IMG/VR virus record: IMGVR_UViG_3300008954_000202
Location: 1-29,173 of that record
Reading direction: 5' to 3' (one strand)
Length of the DNA stretch: 29,173 bases
Source: a virus
Taxonomy: Duplodnaviria; Caudoviricetes
Shown: positions 6,309 through 14,417 of the stretch, piece after piece
Numbering within the stretch: the stretch's first letter is position 1
Layout: each line of letters opens with the position of its first letter
Translations under genes and position numbers: made by a program
Notes under the pieces: generated by a model
The model's input: the letters and a program-made list of their open reading frames with translations, nothing else
What the model was told of the DNA's origin: nothing
The model's database searches: none

Positions 6309-9050
6309 ATGCCCCGCAGCCTGCCCAGGCCGCGATACCCGCTGCTCGCCGAGGCGTTCTACGTGCGCCAGGTGGTCCGGTTCCTGCGGCCGCTCGACGC
6401 CCTGATCCGACGCCACGTCCTGCCGGTGGTCAACCGCTACCGCAGCCCCGACGAGCTGCGCGGCGACGTGCTGCGCCTGGACGACGTGGAGGACGACCTG
6501 GTGATCGCGTTGGGCCGCGTGCGGGCCGAGTGGTTGCGCGTTATGGATGGCGAGAAGCTGACCGCGGCCGCCACCGACGCGGCCAAGAAGATCGACAAGG
6601 CCAACGCCGCCGACCAGGCCCGCATCATGCGCAGCGTGGCGATCGTGGACGTGTTCAAGTCCGAGTCCTACCTGGCCGCCGAGTTGCCTGGCTGGCTCGA
6701 GCAGAACACCGACTTGATTGTGCGGGGCGGCCTGGTTCGCGGCCGCCTGGTCCGGCCGCTCTGGGAAACCGAGATCGACCGGATCGGCCAGATCGCCGGC
6801 GACGGCTTCAAGGCCGGCACCAGGCACGAACAGCTCGCCAAGCAGATCCGCGGCGAGTTGGGCGTCGGCCGCGCGCGGTCGGTGCTGATCGCCAGGGACC
6901 AGACCAACAAGCTGAACGGCCAGCTGACCCGCGCCCGCCAGCGGTCGGTCGGCTTCACCCACTACCGCTGGTCCACCGCCCAGGATCGTCGCGTGCGCCA
7001 GGAGCATGCCGACTTGCAGGGGCGGATCTTCGCCTGGAATGACCCGCCCAACATCGGCCACCCTGGCGAGCCGATCCAGTGTCGGTGCGTGGCGATCCCG
7101 CACTATGTCGGCGGCGCGGCCACGCCCAAAGACGTGCAGCAAAGCGTCAAGAAGGTGCAGGCCCAGCGCATCACAGCCAGCCAGGCCCGCCAGGCGGCGA
7201 TCGCGTCGAACGCTGGGCACCTGGCCGACGTGAAGGCCGCCGACTCTGCCGCGGCGGATCTCGAGGACGTGTTCGTCGACAAGGCTTTCGCCGGCGGTAA
7301 CGTGGTCGAGGACTTCAAGGTTACGCCGTTCGCCAGCGAGCCGGCCGCAGCTGCGGACCTGGCGATCGCTGAGAAACACGCCGACCAGCTGGTCGAGATC
7401 AGCACCAAGATGGAAACCGCCGGCGAGCAGCTGGCCGAGCTGCACGGCCAGGCCGCCAAGCTCGCCAAGGCGGCAGACCCGGTCAAGGTGGCGGCGCAGC
7501 TCGAGCAACTCGCCGGCCAGGCCCTGGCGCAGCTCGAGGACGTGGTGGCGCTCGACGCCCAGGGCAACGCCGCGATCGCGGCAATCAAGAAGGCGATCGG
7601 CCAGGCCGAGGCTGCGGCCAAGGCCGCCAAGAAGGCGGCAGCCCTGGCAGCTGAGAAGGCGGCAGCCGAGAAGGCGGCAGCAGCTGCGGCCAAGAAGGCC
7701 AAGGCCAAGGCCACCAAGGCCGCCAAGAAGGCCAAGCAAGCGCTGCTGTCGCCGACGCACGACCAGGTCCAGGGGATCAGTCAGCAGAGCGGCGGGGCGC
7801 TTGTCACGCTCGAGGACGGCCAGACGTTCCAGGCCGCCACCGGCGGCAACGGCGGCATCCTGTCCACCGGGCTGACCGAGGAACAATTCCTGGCCGCTCG
7901 AGCCAAGCAGCTGACCCTGCCCCCGCACAACCTGGACCTGTCAACGGCGGTCAAGTATGCGGCCAGCGAGTGGGGCGACTACGGCCACCACGGCATCGGC
8001 AAGGCCGCCGATCTGCTGGGGTTCAAGCCAAGCAAGGCCGCGGCCAAGGCCGCCAAGAAGGGCAAGCTGTTCAAGCTCAAGGGCGTGCCTGGCCTGGCTG
8101 AGCCGGTGGATCCCAAGAGCCTGGGCGGCTTCACCAAGTGGGGGGGCGGCGCTCGCAAGGCTCGCCGAGAGAAGCTGTTCGCGCACGGCGAGCGCAAGGA
8201 GGGGCCGCCCCGCTGGACCCGCGACGATTCCGAGTTCGGGGCGCACAACGTCGAGGCCCTGGGCAAGCTCACAGCCGACGAGCGCGGCGCGATCAACCTC
8301 TACAGCGGCAGCTCATACGGCTCGATCAACAACCCGCTCCGCGACCGCGTGGCGCACAGCTACGAGCACGCCAAGGAGGCCGCCAAGCGCATCGACAAGG
8401 CCATGAAGCGCGGCGGCGCGACCCCCGAGGATCTGACCCTGTTTCGTGGCGTGAATAGCGGCCACCCGATCTCTGCCATCGCCAACAAGGGGCTGCTACG
8501 CGCTGGCGACGAGTTCACCGACTGGGCCTATTCCAGCTCGAGCCTGAGCGAGACTGTGGCCCAGGGATTCGCTGGCTACGGCGAAGGTGGCGTCGTCATG
8601 GACCTGACTGTGCCCAAGGGCACCAAAGGGGTGTGGATGGGCTACAGGCCCGGCGGCTCAGCGCTAAGCGGCATCGCCAGCGAGAAGGAATTCCTGCTGC
8701 CACGGGGCACCACGATCAGGATCGACAGCTTCGATCGCACCGGCCACAACGGCCAGATCAGGATCAGGGCCACGCTGGTGAAATCCAAGCGCGTGCCGCG
8801 GCTCGACGAGCTGCTGGCGCTACTGTTCGGCCACGACTTGCCCGCCGGCGGGCAGCGCCTGGACGCCGGCCCACCGCCTGGCTACTCGAGCTGGGACGAG
8901 CTATTCACCGAGCTGGACCGCAACCCGATCCGCCTGTTCATCACGCCGGCGGTCAAGATGGACGCCCGCGGCGAGTTCCTGGGCTACAGCGCGGACCAGG
9001 AGCGGGCGTTCGCGTTGTTCACCGTTGCGCCCCAGCTCAGGCGGGATTAG
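6309..9050 (+). CDS. MuF/SPP1 gp7-like minor head protein fused to an Ala/Lys-rich linker and an ADP-ribosyltransferase domain
   Basis: MuF motifs LIARDQTNKLNG, WSTAQDRRVR..H, HPGEPIQCRC (aa ~190-265); ART R-S-E motifs LFRG (R713), YSSSS (S742), EKEFLLPRG (E792/E794). Confidence 0.9.
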   Translation: MPRSLPRPRYPLLAEAFYVRQVVRFLRPLDALIRRHVLPVVNRYRSPDELRGDVLRLDDVEDDLVIALGRVRAEWLRVMDGEKLTAAATDAAKKIDKANAADQARIMRSVAIVDVFKSESYLAAELPGWLEQNTDLIVRGGLVRGRLVRPLWETEIDRIGQIAGDGFKAGTRHEQLAKQIRGELGVGRARSVLIARDQTNKLNGQLTRARQRSVGFTHYRWSTAQDRRVRQEHADLQGRIFAWNDPPNIGHPGEPIQCRCVAIPHYVGGAATPKDVQQSVKKVQAQRITASQARQAAIASNAGHLADVKAADSAAADLEDVFVDKAFAGGNVVEDFKVTPFASEPAAAADLAIAEKHADQLVEISTKMETAGEQLAELHGQAAKLAKAADPVKVAAQLEQLAGQALAQLEDVVALDAQGNAAIAAIKKAIGQAEAAAKAAKKAAALAAEKAAAEKAAAAAAKKAKAKATKAAKKAKQALLSPTHDQVQGISQQSGGALVTLEDGQTFQAATGGNGGILSTGLTEEQFLAARAKQLTLPPHNLDLSTAVKYAASEWGDYGHHGIGKAADLLGFKPSKAAAKAAKKGKLFKLKGVPGLAEPVDPKSLGGFTKWGGGARKARREKLFAHGERKEGPPRWTRDDSEFGAHNVEALGKLTADERGAINLYSGSSYGSINNPLRDRVAHSYEHAKEAAKRIDKAMKRGGATPEDLTLFRGVNSGHPISAIANKGLLRAGDEFTDWAYSSSSLSETVAQGFAGYGEGGVVMDLTVPKGTKGVWMGYRPGGSALSGIASEKEFLLPRGTTIRIDSFDRTGHNGQIRIRATLVKSKRVPRLDELLALLFGHDLPAGGQRLDAGPPPGYSSWDELFTELDRNPIRLFITPAVKMDARGEFLGYSADQERAFALFTVAPQLRRD
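7600..7745 (+). repeat. low-complexity Ala/Lys coding repeats (histone H1/TolA-like)
   Basis: AAAKAAKKAAALAAEKAAAEKAAAAAAKKAKAKATKAAKKAK encoded by degenerate GCCAAGAAGGC/GAGAAGGCGGCAGC units. Confidence 0.85.
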
Positions 9051-9059
9051 CCTAGCCGC

Positions 9060-10232
9060 ATGACTGGCCGACGCTTTGACACGCAAGACCTAGATTGGCG
9101 CGAGGACGCGATCGGCGCTGACGGCATCCTGCGAGCGCGTGCGCGGCTGACCAGGACAGGGGTGTTCCTGTACCGCCGTGCAGACGGCAGCACCGTGCGC
9201 GAGCTGCGGCACCCTGACGACGTGTTCCACGCCGACCACCTGGCGAGCCTGCGCCAGCTGCCGATCACCAACGACCACCCGGCCGCCGGCATGGTCACGG
9301 CCGACAACTACAAGCGGCTGGCGGTTGGCAGCACCGGCGAGCGCGTTGATCAGGTGGGCGGGCGCTACCTCGAGTCCCCGATCATGATCGGGGACAAGCA
9401 GGCCGTCGAGGACGTGACCAGCGGGCGTAAAGTGCAAACGTCCCTGGGCTACCAGGTGGCGATCGTCGATGAATCGGGCACGTTCAACGGTCAACGATAC
9501 GACAAGCGGCAGACAGGAATGCTTGCCAACCACCTGGCGCTGGTGATACACGGTCGAGCAGGTGGACAGGTAGGGGTTCGGCTCGACTCACAAGACGCGG
9601 TTCTGCTCGAGCGCCTGGACGGCGACGACGCAAAGCAGGACCAGCAAGGAGCTGGACGCATGGCGAAGATCCGCATCGATGGCGCTGACTACGAGATCCC
9701 CGACAGCGTGGCCCCCGTGGTGGCCGGCAAGGTCAAGGCCGCCGACACCGAGAAGGCCCGCGCCGACGCCCTGGACAGCAAGCTCGAGAAGGTGCAGGCC
9801 GAGCGCGACGCGCTCGAGGTCCGCGCCGACAAGGCCGAGAAGGCCGCCGCGGACGCCAAGACCGGCATCACCGACGAGCAGCGCGCCGACGCCATGAAGG
9901 CCGCCCGCGCTCGCCTGGCGCTCGAGGACCAGGCCAAGGCCCAGGGCCTCGAGTTCAAGGCCGACGCCACCGACGCCGAGTTGCGCGACCAGCTGATCGG
10001 CAAGCTCGCGCCCAAGCTCAGCCTCGAGGGCCGCAGCGACGACGCCAAGGCGGCCATGCTCGACGTGCTGCTCGAGGGTGCCAGGCCCAGCAAGGCCGGC
10101 ACCGCGGGCCGCGAGGCGCTCGCCGGCAAGCGCACCGACAGCAAGGACAACGACACCCGCACCGACAGCGAGGAGGCCTTCCTGGCCGCCTACGCCGGCG
10201 CGGGATACGGCACCGAGGACGACGCGGAATAG
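9060..10232 (+). CDS. prohead protease/scaffold (DUF2213-like)
   Basis: TRTGVFLY, PITNDHP, SLGY, NHLALV..GRAG..V..RLDS motifs; C-terminal coiled-coil scaffold region. Confidence 0.88.
   Translation: MTGRRFDTQDLDWREDAIGADGILRARARLTRTGVFLYRRADGSTVRELRHPDDVFHADHLASLRQLPITNDHPAAGMVTADNYKRLAVGSTGERVDQVGGRYLESPIMIGDKQAVEDVTSGRKVQTSLGYQVAIVDESGTFNGQRYDKRQTGMLANHLALVIHGRAGGQVGVRLDSQDAVLLERLDGDDAKQDQQGAGRMAKIRIDGADYEIPDSVAPVVAGKVKAADTEKARADALDSKLEKVQAERDALEVRADKAEKAAADAKTGITDEQRADAMKAARARLALEDQAKAQGLEFKADATDAELRDQLIGKLAPKLSLEGRSDDAKAAMLDVLLEGARPSKAGTAGREALAGKRTDSKDNDTRTDSEEAFLAAYAGAGYGTEDDAE
9523..9552 (+). promoter_or_regulatory. putative internal promoter for scaffold/capsid genes
   Basis: TTGCCA-N18-TACACG with extended -10 TG, in a patch of rare codons (CTT, ATA, CGA, GTA, TCA). 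Confidence 0.3.
9660..10232 (+). CDS. putative nested in-frame scaffold protein (internal start M201)
   Basis: AAGGAG at 9646-9651, 8 nt before in-frame ATG 9660, at the protease/coiled-coil boundary. Confidence 0.5.
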   Translation: MAKIRIDGADYEIPDSVAPVVAGKVKAADTEKARADALDSKLEKVQAERDALEVRADKAEKAAADAKTGITDEQRADAMKAARARLALEDQAKAQGLEFKADATDAELRDQLIGKLAPKLSLEGRSDDAKAAMLDVLLEGARPSKAGTAGREALAGKRTDSKDNDTRTDSEEAFLAAYAGAGYGTEDDAE

Positions 10233-10274
10233 CTCGACGAGCTGAGCCGCACGGCAGGACCAGGCCAAGAGGAC

Positions 10275-10294
10275 CACCAGGGAGACACCGATGG
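10275..10294 (+). promoter_or_regulatory. repeated translation-initiation element, copy 1
   Basis: CACCAGGGAGACACCGATGG, identical to 11527-11546. Confidence 0.8.
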
Positions 10295-11475
10295 CGATCA
10301 ACCACTACCAGAGCGCGTTCCCGACGACGCCCGACGAGGGCCTGGCGGGCCACCCGGCCGGCACGGGCGAGTACCTGGCCGAGTCGCTCACCAACGACGA
10401 GGCCGCCACCCGCATCGGGTTCGGCCTGGGCGTCAAGGCCAACGGCGAGGACGGCTGCAAGCTGCCCGCGTCGAGCGCCGACGCCATCGACGGCGTTACC
10501 ATGTACGTGCCGCTGGTGCAGCCCGACGCCAACTTCGATCGCAAGGTCCCCACGGACGGCGTCTGCCTGGTCATGCAGCGCGGCCGGATCTGGGTCGAGG
10601 TCGAGGAAACGGTCGCCAAGAACGACCCGGTCTACGTGCGCCACACCGCCAACGGTGCCGGCAAAGACCCCGGCCAGTTCCGCAAGGACAGCGACGGCAG
10701 CGAGGGCGTGTACCCGCAGGTGTCCTGGACGCTCAGCGGCGCGCTGGACGCCGGCCGCGCCCGCATCCAGAAGCTGGTCTTGTCGGCCGACCTGATCGCG
10801 GGCGACGACGTGGACGGCGAGATCGGCGGCACGGCCATCGCCACGGTCAGCTATGACGGCGTGTCGCACCTGACCACGATGGAGCTGATCATGTCGGCGA
10901 TCCAGGTGGCGGCCGACACCGCCGGCGAGGTCATCGACAACATGTACATCGCCGGCGCGACCGCCCGCGAAATCCACATCCTGAGCGATGCGCACAGCCC
11001 GACCGCGCTGCCGTTGACGTCCTGGGCGACCACCAACGGCGGGGCCGGCACGGCCGCATTTGCCAGCGCCACCGGCGCGGACGTGACCGCCGGCAAGCTC
11101 CCGCACACTCTGACCCTGGACGTGGACGGCGACACCATCACCGCCGAGTGGTCCGGCAGCCACGACGACACGGTCCACACCTTCGCCGCCGAGCTGGAAA
11201 GCCACGCCAAGGTCGCCAGCGCCGTTGTCACGCACGTTGCGGCCGGCCCCGACCTGGTGATCACGCTCACCGGGGCCAACTACCTCGCCAACGACATCGA
11301 CCTGGCGAACGGCGACCCCACCGGCGGCGTCAACGCACGCACCGGGGCGCTGAACAACGAGGTCGTGGCCGGTGTGGCGGTCAGCGCCAAGGCGGCACAG
11401 TGGACCGGAGCTCGCTACGCCAAGGGCGCGGCCGCCGGCAAAAACGCGCTGCTCGAGGTGTTCGGCACCGAGTAG
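10291..11475 (+). CDS. head decoration/cement protein with a large internal insertion
   Basis: Between protease and capsid genes; core motifs GFGLGV, GRIWV, DPVYVR, GQFRKD and C-terminal GARY..AAAG; ~225-aa insert. Confidence 0.75.
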   Translation: MAINHYQSAFPTTPDEGLAGHPAGTGEYLAESLTNDEAATRIGFGLGVKANGEDGCKLPASSADAIDGVTMYVPLVQPDANFDRKVPTDGVCLVMQRGRIWVEVEETVAKNDPVYVRHTANGAGKDPGQFRKDSDGSEGVYPQVSWTLSGALDAGRARIQKLVLSADLIAGDDVDGEIGGTAIATVSYDGVSHLTTMELIMSAIQVAADTAGEVIDNMYIAGATAREIHILSDAHSPTALPLTSWATTNGGAGTAAFASATGADVTAGKLPHTLTLDVDGDTITAEWSGSHDDTVHTFAAELESHAKVASAVVTHVAAGPDLVITLTGANYLANDIDLANGDPTGGVNARTGALNNEVVAGVAVSAKAAQWTGARYAKGAAAGKNALLEVFGTE

Positions 11476-11526
11476 CCGAGCCCCGAGCCGCAAGGAACGG
11501 AACAGGCCGTAGCAGGCCGGACAGGA

Positions 11527-11546
11527 CACCAGGGAGACACCGATGG
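11527..11546 (+). promoter_or_regulatory. repeated translation-initiation element, copy 2
   Basis: CACCAGGGAGACACCGATGG before the major capsid gene. Confidence 0.8.
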
Positions 11547-12550
11547 GACGCATTTTCATGCCGCACCACTTGCGCGAGCGGGCCAAGACCGAGGCCAAGC
11601 TGGCCGACCTGCGCTGCGATGCCTTCGCGGGCCGCCTGGTCAACGAGGGCCGCATCGATGGTGCCCTGGGCTTGGCCGTTGGCGAGCAGCTCAAGCACAT
11701 CAGCCGCGAGATCGTCAAGACTCGCTTCCCCGATCTGCGATTCCGCGAGTTCGTGCCCCCGGTGCGTGACGCGCCCGCCCCCAGCGCGGACACCTACGAG
11801 TGGCACACCGCCACCGAGGTGGGCGTCGCCAAGACCAGCCACACCCTGGCCGGCACCACCGAGAAGGTCGGGTTCGGCGTCGAGGCCGAGCCCAACACGG
11901 TGCCGCTGCGCTACGAGCGGGCCAGCTACGATTTCAGCGACGACGAGCTGATCGAGGCCGCGGCCGCCGGTGTGTCGATCGCCATCGAGAAGCCCCGCAT
12001 TTGCCGCGGCGCGATCGAGCGCAAGAAGGACCAGGTCTGCATGCTGGGCCACACGGCCACCGGACGCCTGGGGCTGCTCAGCGACGGCAACGTGCCCGAG
12101 ATCAACGCCGGCGCGGACCAGCTGGGCGTGTCGTTCGATGTGGCGCTCTACAACCTCAAGACCTGGGCCGACCAGGTCTGGGAGGACAGCAAGGGCATCT
12201 ACCGCGCCAACCGGATGATCCTGCCCGCGGCCTACTTCAAGTTCTACAAGAACAAGCGGGCCACGGACGGATCGGGGCGGAACGTCCTCGAGGAGTTCCT
12301 CAAGACCAACGGCCAGATCGAGCGCGTCGACTGGAGCTACCACTGCGACACGGCCAGCGACTCGAGCGGCCCCGTTGCGCTGCTCTACCCCTACGACCCC
12401 GACATGGTGGGCTTCATCGAGTCGGTGCTGTACCGCGAGAGTGCCCCGACGCGCCGCGGCTTCACCAGCGAGATCGAGGCCTACGGCCGGTTCGGCGGCG
12501 TCGCCTGGCGTCACCCCAACAGCGGGCTGAAGGTCGGCCTGGACGCCTAG
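11543..12550 (+). CDS. major capsid protein (DUF2184/encapsulin-like HK97 fold)
   Basis: 335 aa; QLKHI..EIV, ELIEAA..G, GRLGLLS, RFGGVAWRHP; synteny. Confidence 0.85.
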   Translation: MGRIFMPHHLRERAKTEAKLADLRCDAFAGRLVNEGRIDGALGLAVGEQLKHISREIVKTRFPDLRFREFVPPVRDAPAPSADTYEWHTATEVGVAKTSHTLAGTTEKVGFGVEAEPNTVPLRYERASYDFSDDELIEAAAAGVSIAIEKPRICRGAIERKKDQVCMLGHTATGRLGLLSDGNVPEINAGADQLGVSFDVALYNLKTWADQVWEDSKGIYRANRMILPAAYFKFYKNKRATDGSGRNVLEEFLKTNGQIERVDWSYHCDTASDSSGPVALLYPYDPDMVGFIESVLYRESAPTRRGFTSEIEAYGRFGGVAWRHPNSGLKVGLDA

Positions 12551-12573
12551 CAGCGCCCAGCAAACCCAAGGGG

Positions 12574-12605
12574 GCGGCCCCGTCCTGGCAACGGGGCGGG
12601 GCCGC
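12574..12605 (+). terminator. GC-rich hairpin after the major capsid gene (terminator/attenuator or mRNA stabiliser)
   Basis: GCGGCCCCGTCCTG-GCAA-CGGGGCGGGGCCGC, 14-bp stem (two G-U pairs) with GNRA loop; no real U-tract. Confidence 0.65.
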
Positions 12606-12625
12606 TGCCGTTCTGAGGCAAGAAC

Positions 12626-12976
12626 ATGGCGATCACCGCGGCGACATTGCAGGCCTACCCCGAGTTCGCCAGCGTGGCGACGGCGACGATCGACCTGTGG
12701 ATCGCCAACGCGCCGGCGCACATCGACGCAACGCAGTACGGCGACCAAGCCGACCAGGCCACCACGTATTGGGTCGCGCACGTCCTGACCCTGCTGCGCC
12801 TGGGCGGCGGCATCGGTGGCGGCCCCGTCACCGCGGCCGAGGTCAACACCGTGAAGGTGCAGTTCGCGGCGGCCGTGCTGCCGTCTGGGCTCGAGGACTG
12901 GAACGCGACGACCTGGGGCCGCCTGCTGCTGGTCCTCGCGACTGTGCGGCTCCAGAGCGACCAGCTGGTGATCTGA
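12626..12976 (+). CDS. head-tail adaptor (DUF4054-like)
   Basis: YPEFA..., AHVL, W.ATTWG motifs; position after the capsid gene. Confidence 0.78.
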   Translation: MAITAATLQAYPEFASVATATIDLWIANAPAHIDATQYGDQADQATTYWVAHVLTLLRLGGGIGGGPVTAAEVNTVKVQFAAAVLPSGLEDWNATTWGRLLLVLATVRLQSDQLVI

Positions 12977-12978
12977 CC

Positions 12979-13491
12979 ATGACCGTGAAAATCATCGACG
13001 ACGGCCTGGCCGAGCAGCGTCTGCGGCAACAGCTCGCCAGAGCCAGGCGGGCCAAGATCACCGTGGGCATTCACGGCGACGACACAGCACGCGACGACGA
13101 CGGCACCACCAACGCCCAGGTGGGCGCGTTCCATGAGTTCGGGACAGCCACGATCCCCAAGCGATCGTTCCTGGGCGGCACGTTCGACAACCGCAGCGGC
13201 GAGATCGGCCAGGCCATCGACACCGCGGCCGTGGCAATCCTCGAGGGCCACGCCAGCACCGACCAGGCCCTGGGGCGAGCCGCGCAGAGCATGGCCGGCA
13301 GCGTCCAGGCCTACATCTCAGACGGCATCGGGCCGGCCCTGGGGCCTGCCGCGGTCGAGGCCCGCACCAAGCGGCTGGGCGGCAAAGCGGCCGACAACGA
13401 TCGGTTCGGCGGCGACACGCCCCTGATCTTGTCGGGCCAGCTGCGCCAGAGCATCGCCGGCAAGGTCAGCACGCGAGGGGGCAGCGAGTGA
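12979..13491 (+). CDS. neck/virion morphogenesis protein
   Basis: TVGI, HEFGT.TIPKRSFL, PLILSGQLRQSI motifs; start reassigned to ATG 12979. Confidence 0.78.
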   Translation: MTVKIIDDGLAEQRLRQQLARARRAKITVGIHGDDTARDDDGTTNAQVGAFHEFGTATIPKRSFLGGTFDNRSGEIGQAIDTAAVAILEGHASTDQALGRAAQSMAGSVQAYISDGIGPALGPAAVEARTKRLGGKAADNDRFGGDTPLILSGQLRQSIAGKVSTRGGSE

Positions 13492-13868
13492 TCAGCCTGG
13501 ACCTGTCGGGCGTCGTCGACGCTTTTTCCGCCGACACGCTGACCCGCCTGCGCTGGCCGGCCGCCACCTGGTCAAAGGGCGTGGCGAGCGAGCCGGCCGC
13601 GGTCAGCTCGACGATCGCCGGCATGGTGGAGCCGCTCGAGGGGCGCGAGTTCGGCCGCATCCTCGAGCAGCTCGACGAGGGCCAGCGCCGGCGTGCGCGG
13701 TACACCCTGCACACCACCGCCGACGTGCGCACCGTCAACCGCGCCGCGGCCGAGCGGGCCGATCACCTGACCTACCAGGGCAAGACCTACGAGGCGATCG
13801 ATCTGAGCCACTGGCAGGGCCAGGGCAAATACCGCCGCCTGGTGCTGCTCGAGCTGGGGGATCAGTAG
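13488..13868 (+). CDS. putative head-closure (stopper) protein
   Basis: GTGA overlap; L..LDEGQR, AD.L.YQGKTYE..W pattern; synteny. Confidence 0.65.
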   Translation: MISLDLSGVVDAFSADTLTRLRWPAATWSKGVASEPAAVSSTIAGMVEPLEGREFGRILEQLDEGQRRRARYTLHTTADVRTVNRAAAERADHLTYQGKTYEAIDLSHWQGQGKYRRLVLLELGDQ

Positions 13869-14414
13869 GTGGCCGCGTTCAACCAGGACACGCTCGAGGC
13901 CGCGATCCACGACTGGATCGCCGCGTCCCTGCCGGCCATCGTCCCGGCCGACAGCGCGATCCGCTGGGCCAACCAGATCCCGCCGGCGGCCGACGTGCCG
14001 TTTGCGCTGCTCAGCTGGGACCAGGCCCCGCGCCCGATGGGCCGGACCATCGAACCAGAACAGCGAGTGTACGACAGCGGCGGCGGCATCTGGCAGCTCG
14101 AGCGAACGCACCGGGCCGGCATGGTCCTGGCGATCGACGTGACGGCCAGCGCCGTGCGTGGCAGCTCGAGCGCGCCGGCATTGCTGCGGCGGCTGCTCGA
14201 GTTGCAAAGTTCCGCTGCCGTGAGGGCTCTTGTAGACGCCCTGCCGGCGGCCGTGCTACGGTTCGACCCGCCTGTTGACCTGTCAGCGTTGGTGGCCGAC
14301 CAGGTGCGCAGCCGGGCGAGGATGCGCGTGGAGCTTTACAGCCAAACGACAACCGAGGAATCGGGCGACTACATCGACGCCGGCGAGTTCACGGCGACGG
14401 TCACGGAGGTCTAG
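13869..14414 (+). CDS. putative tail terminator/neck protein
   Basis: Immediately before the sheath; IRWANQ.PP, DLSAL..RARM pattern. Confidence 0.6.
   Translation: MAAFNQDTLEAAIHDWIAASLPAIVPADSAIRWANQIPPAADVPFALLSWDQAPRPMGRTIEPEQRVYDSGGGIWQLERTHRAGMVLAIDVTASAVRGSSSAPALLRRLLELQSSAAVRALVDALPAAVLRFDPPVDLSALVADQVRSRARMRVELYSQTTTEESGDYIDAGEFTATVTEV
14233..14262 (+). promoter_or_regulatory. putative internal promoter for the sheath/tube genes
   Basis: TAGACG-N18-TACGGT with extended -10 TG in a rare-codon patch; same -10 as 4584-4589. Confidence 0.35.
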
Positions 14415-14417
14415 GTT

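Noticed and set aside
7600-7745. CRISPR-like or TolA gene signal from short repeats
   Set aside because: Repeats are degenerate, spacer-less and in frame within the MuF linker; no membrane anchor or tol-pal context
11800-12978. Upstream 393 codons of the 563-aa ORF 11800-13491
   Set aside because: Arg/Gly-rich off-frame read of the capsid and adaptor genes; the real gene starts at ATG 12979. The same logic was applied to ORFs starting 19989, 26631, 28389, 2248 and 3183
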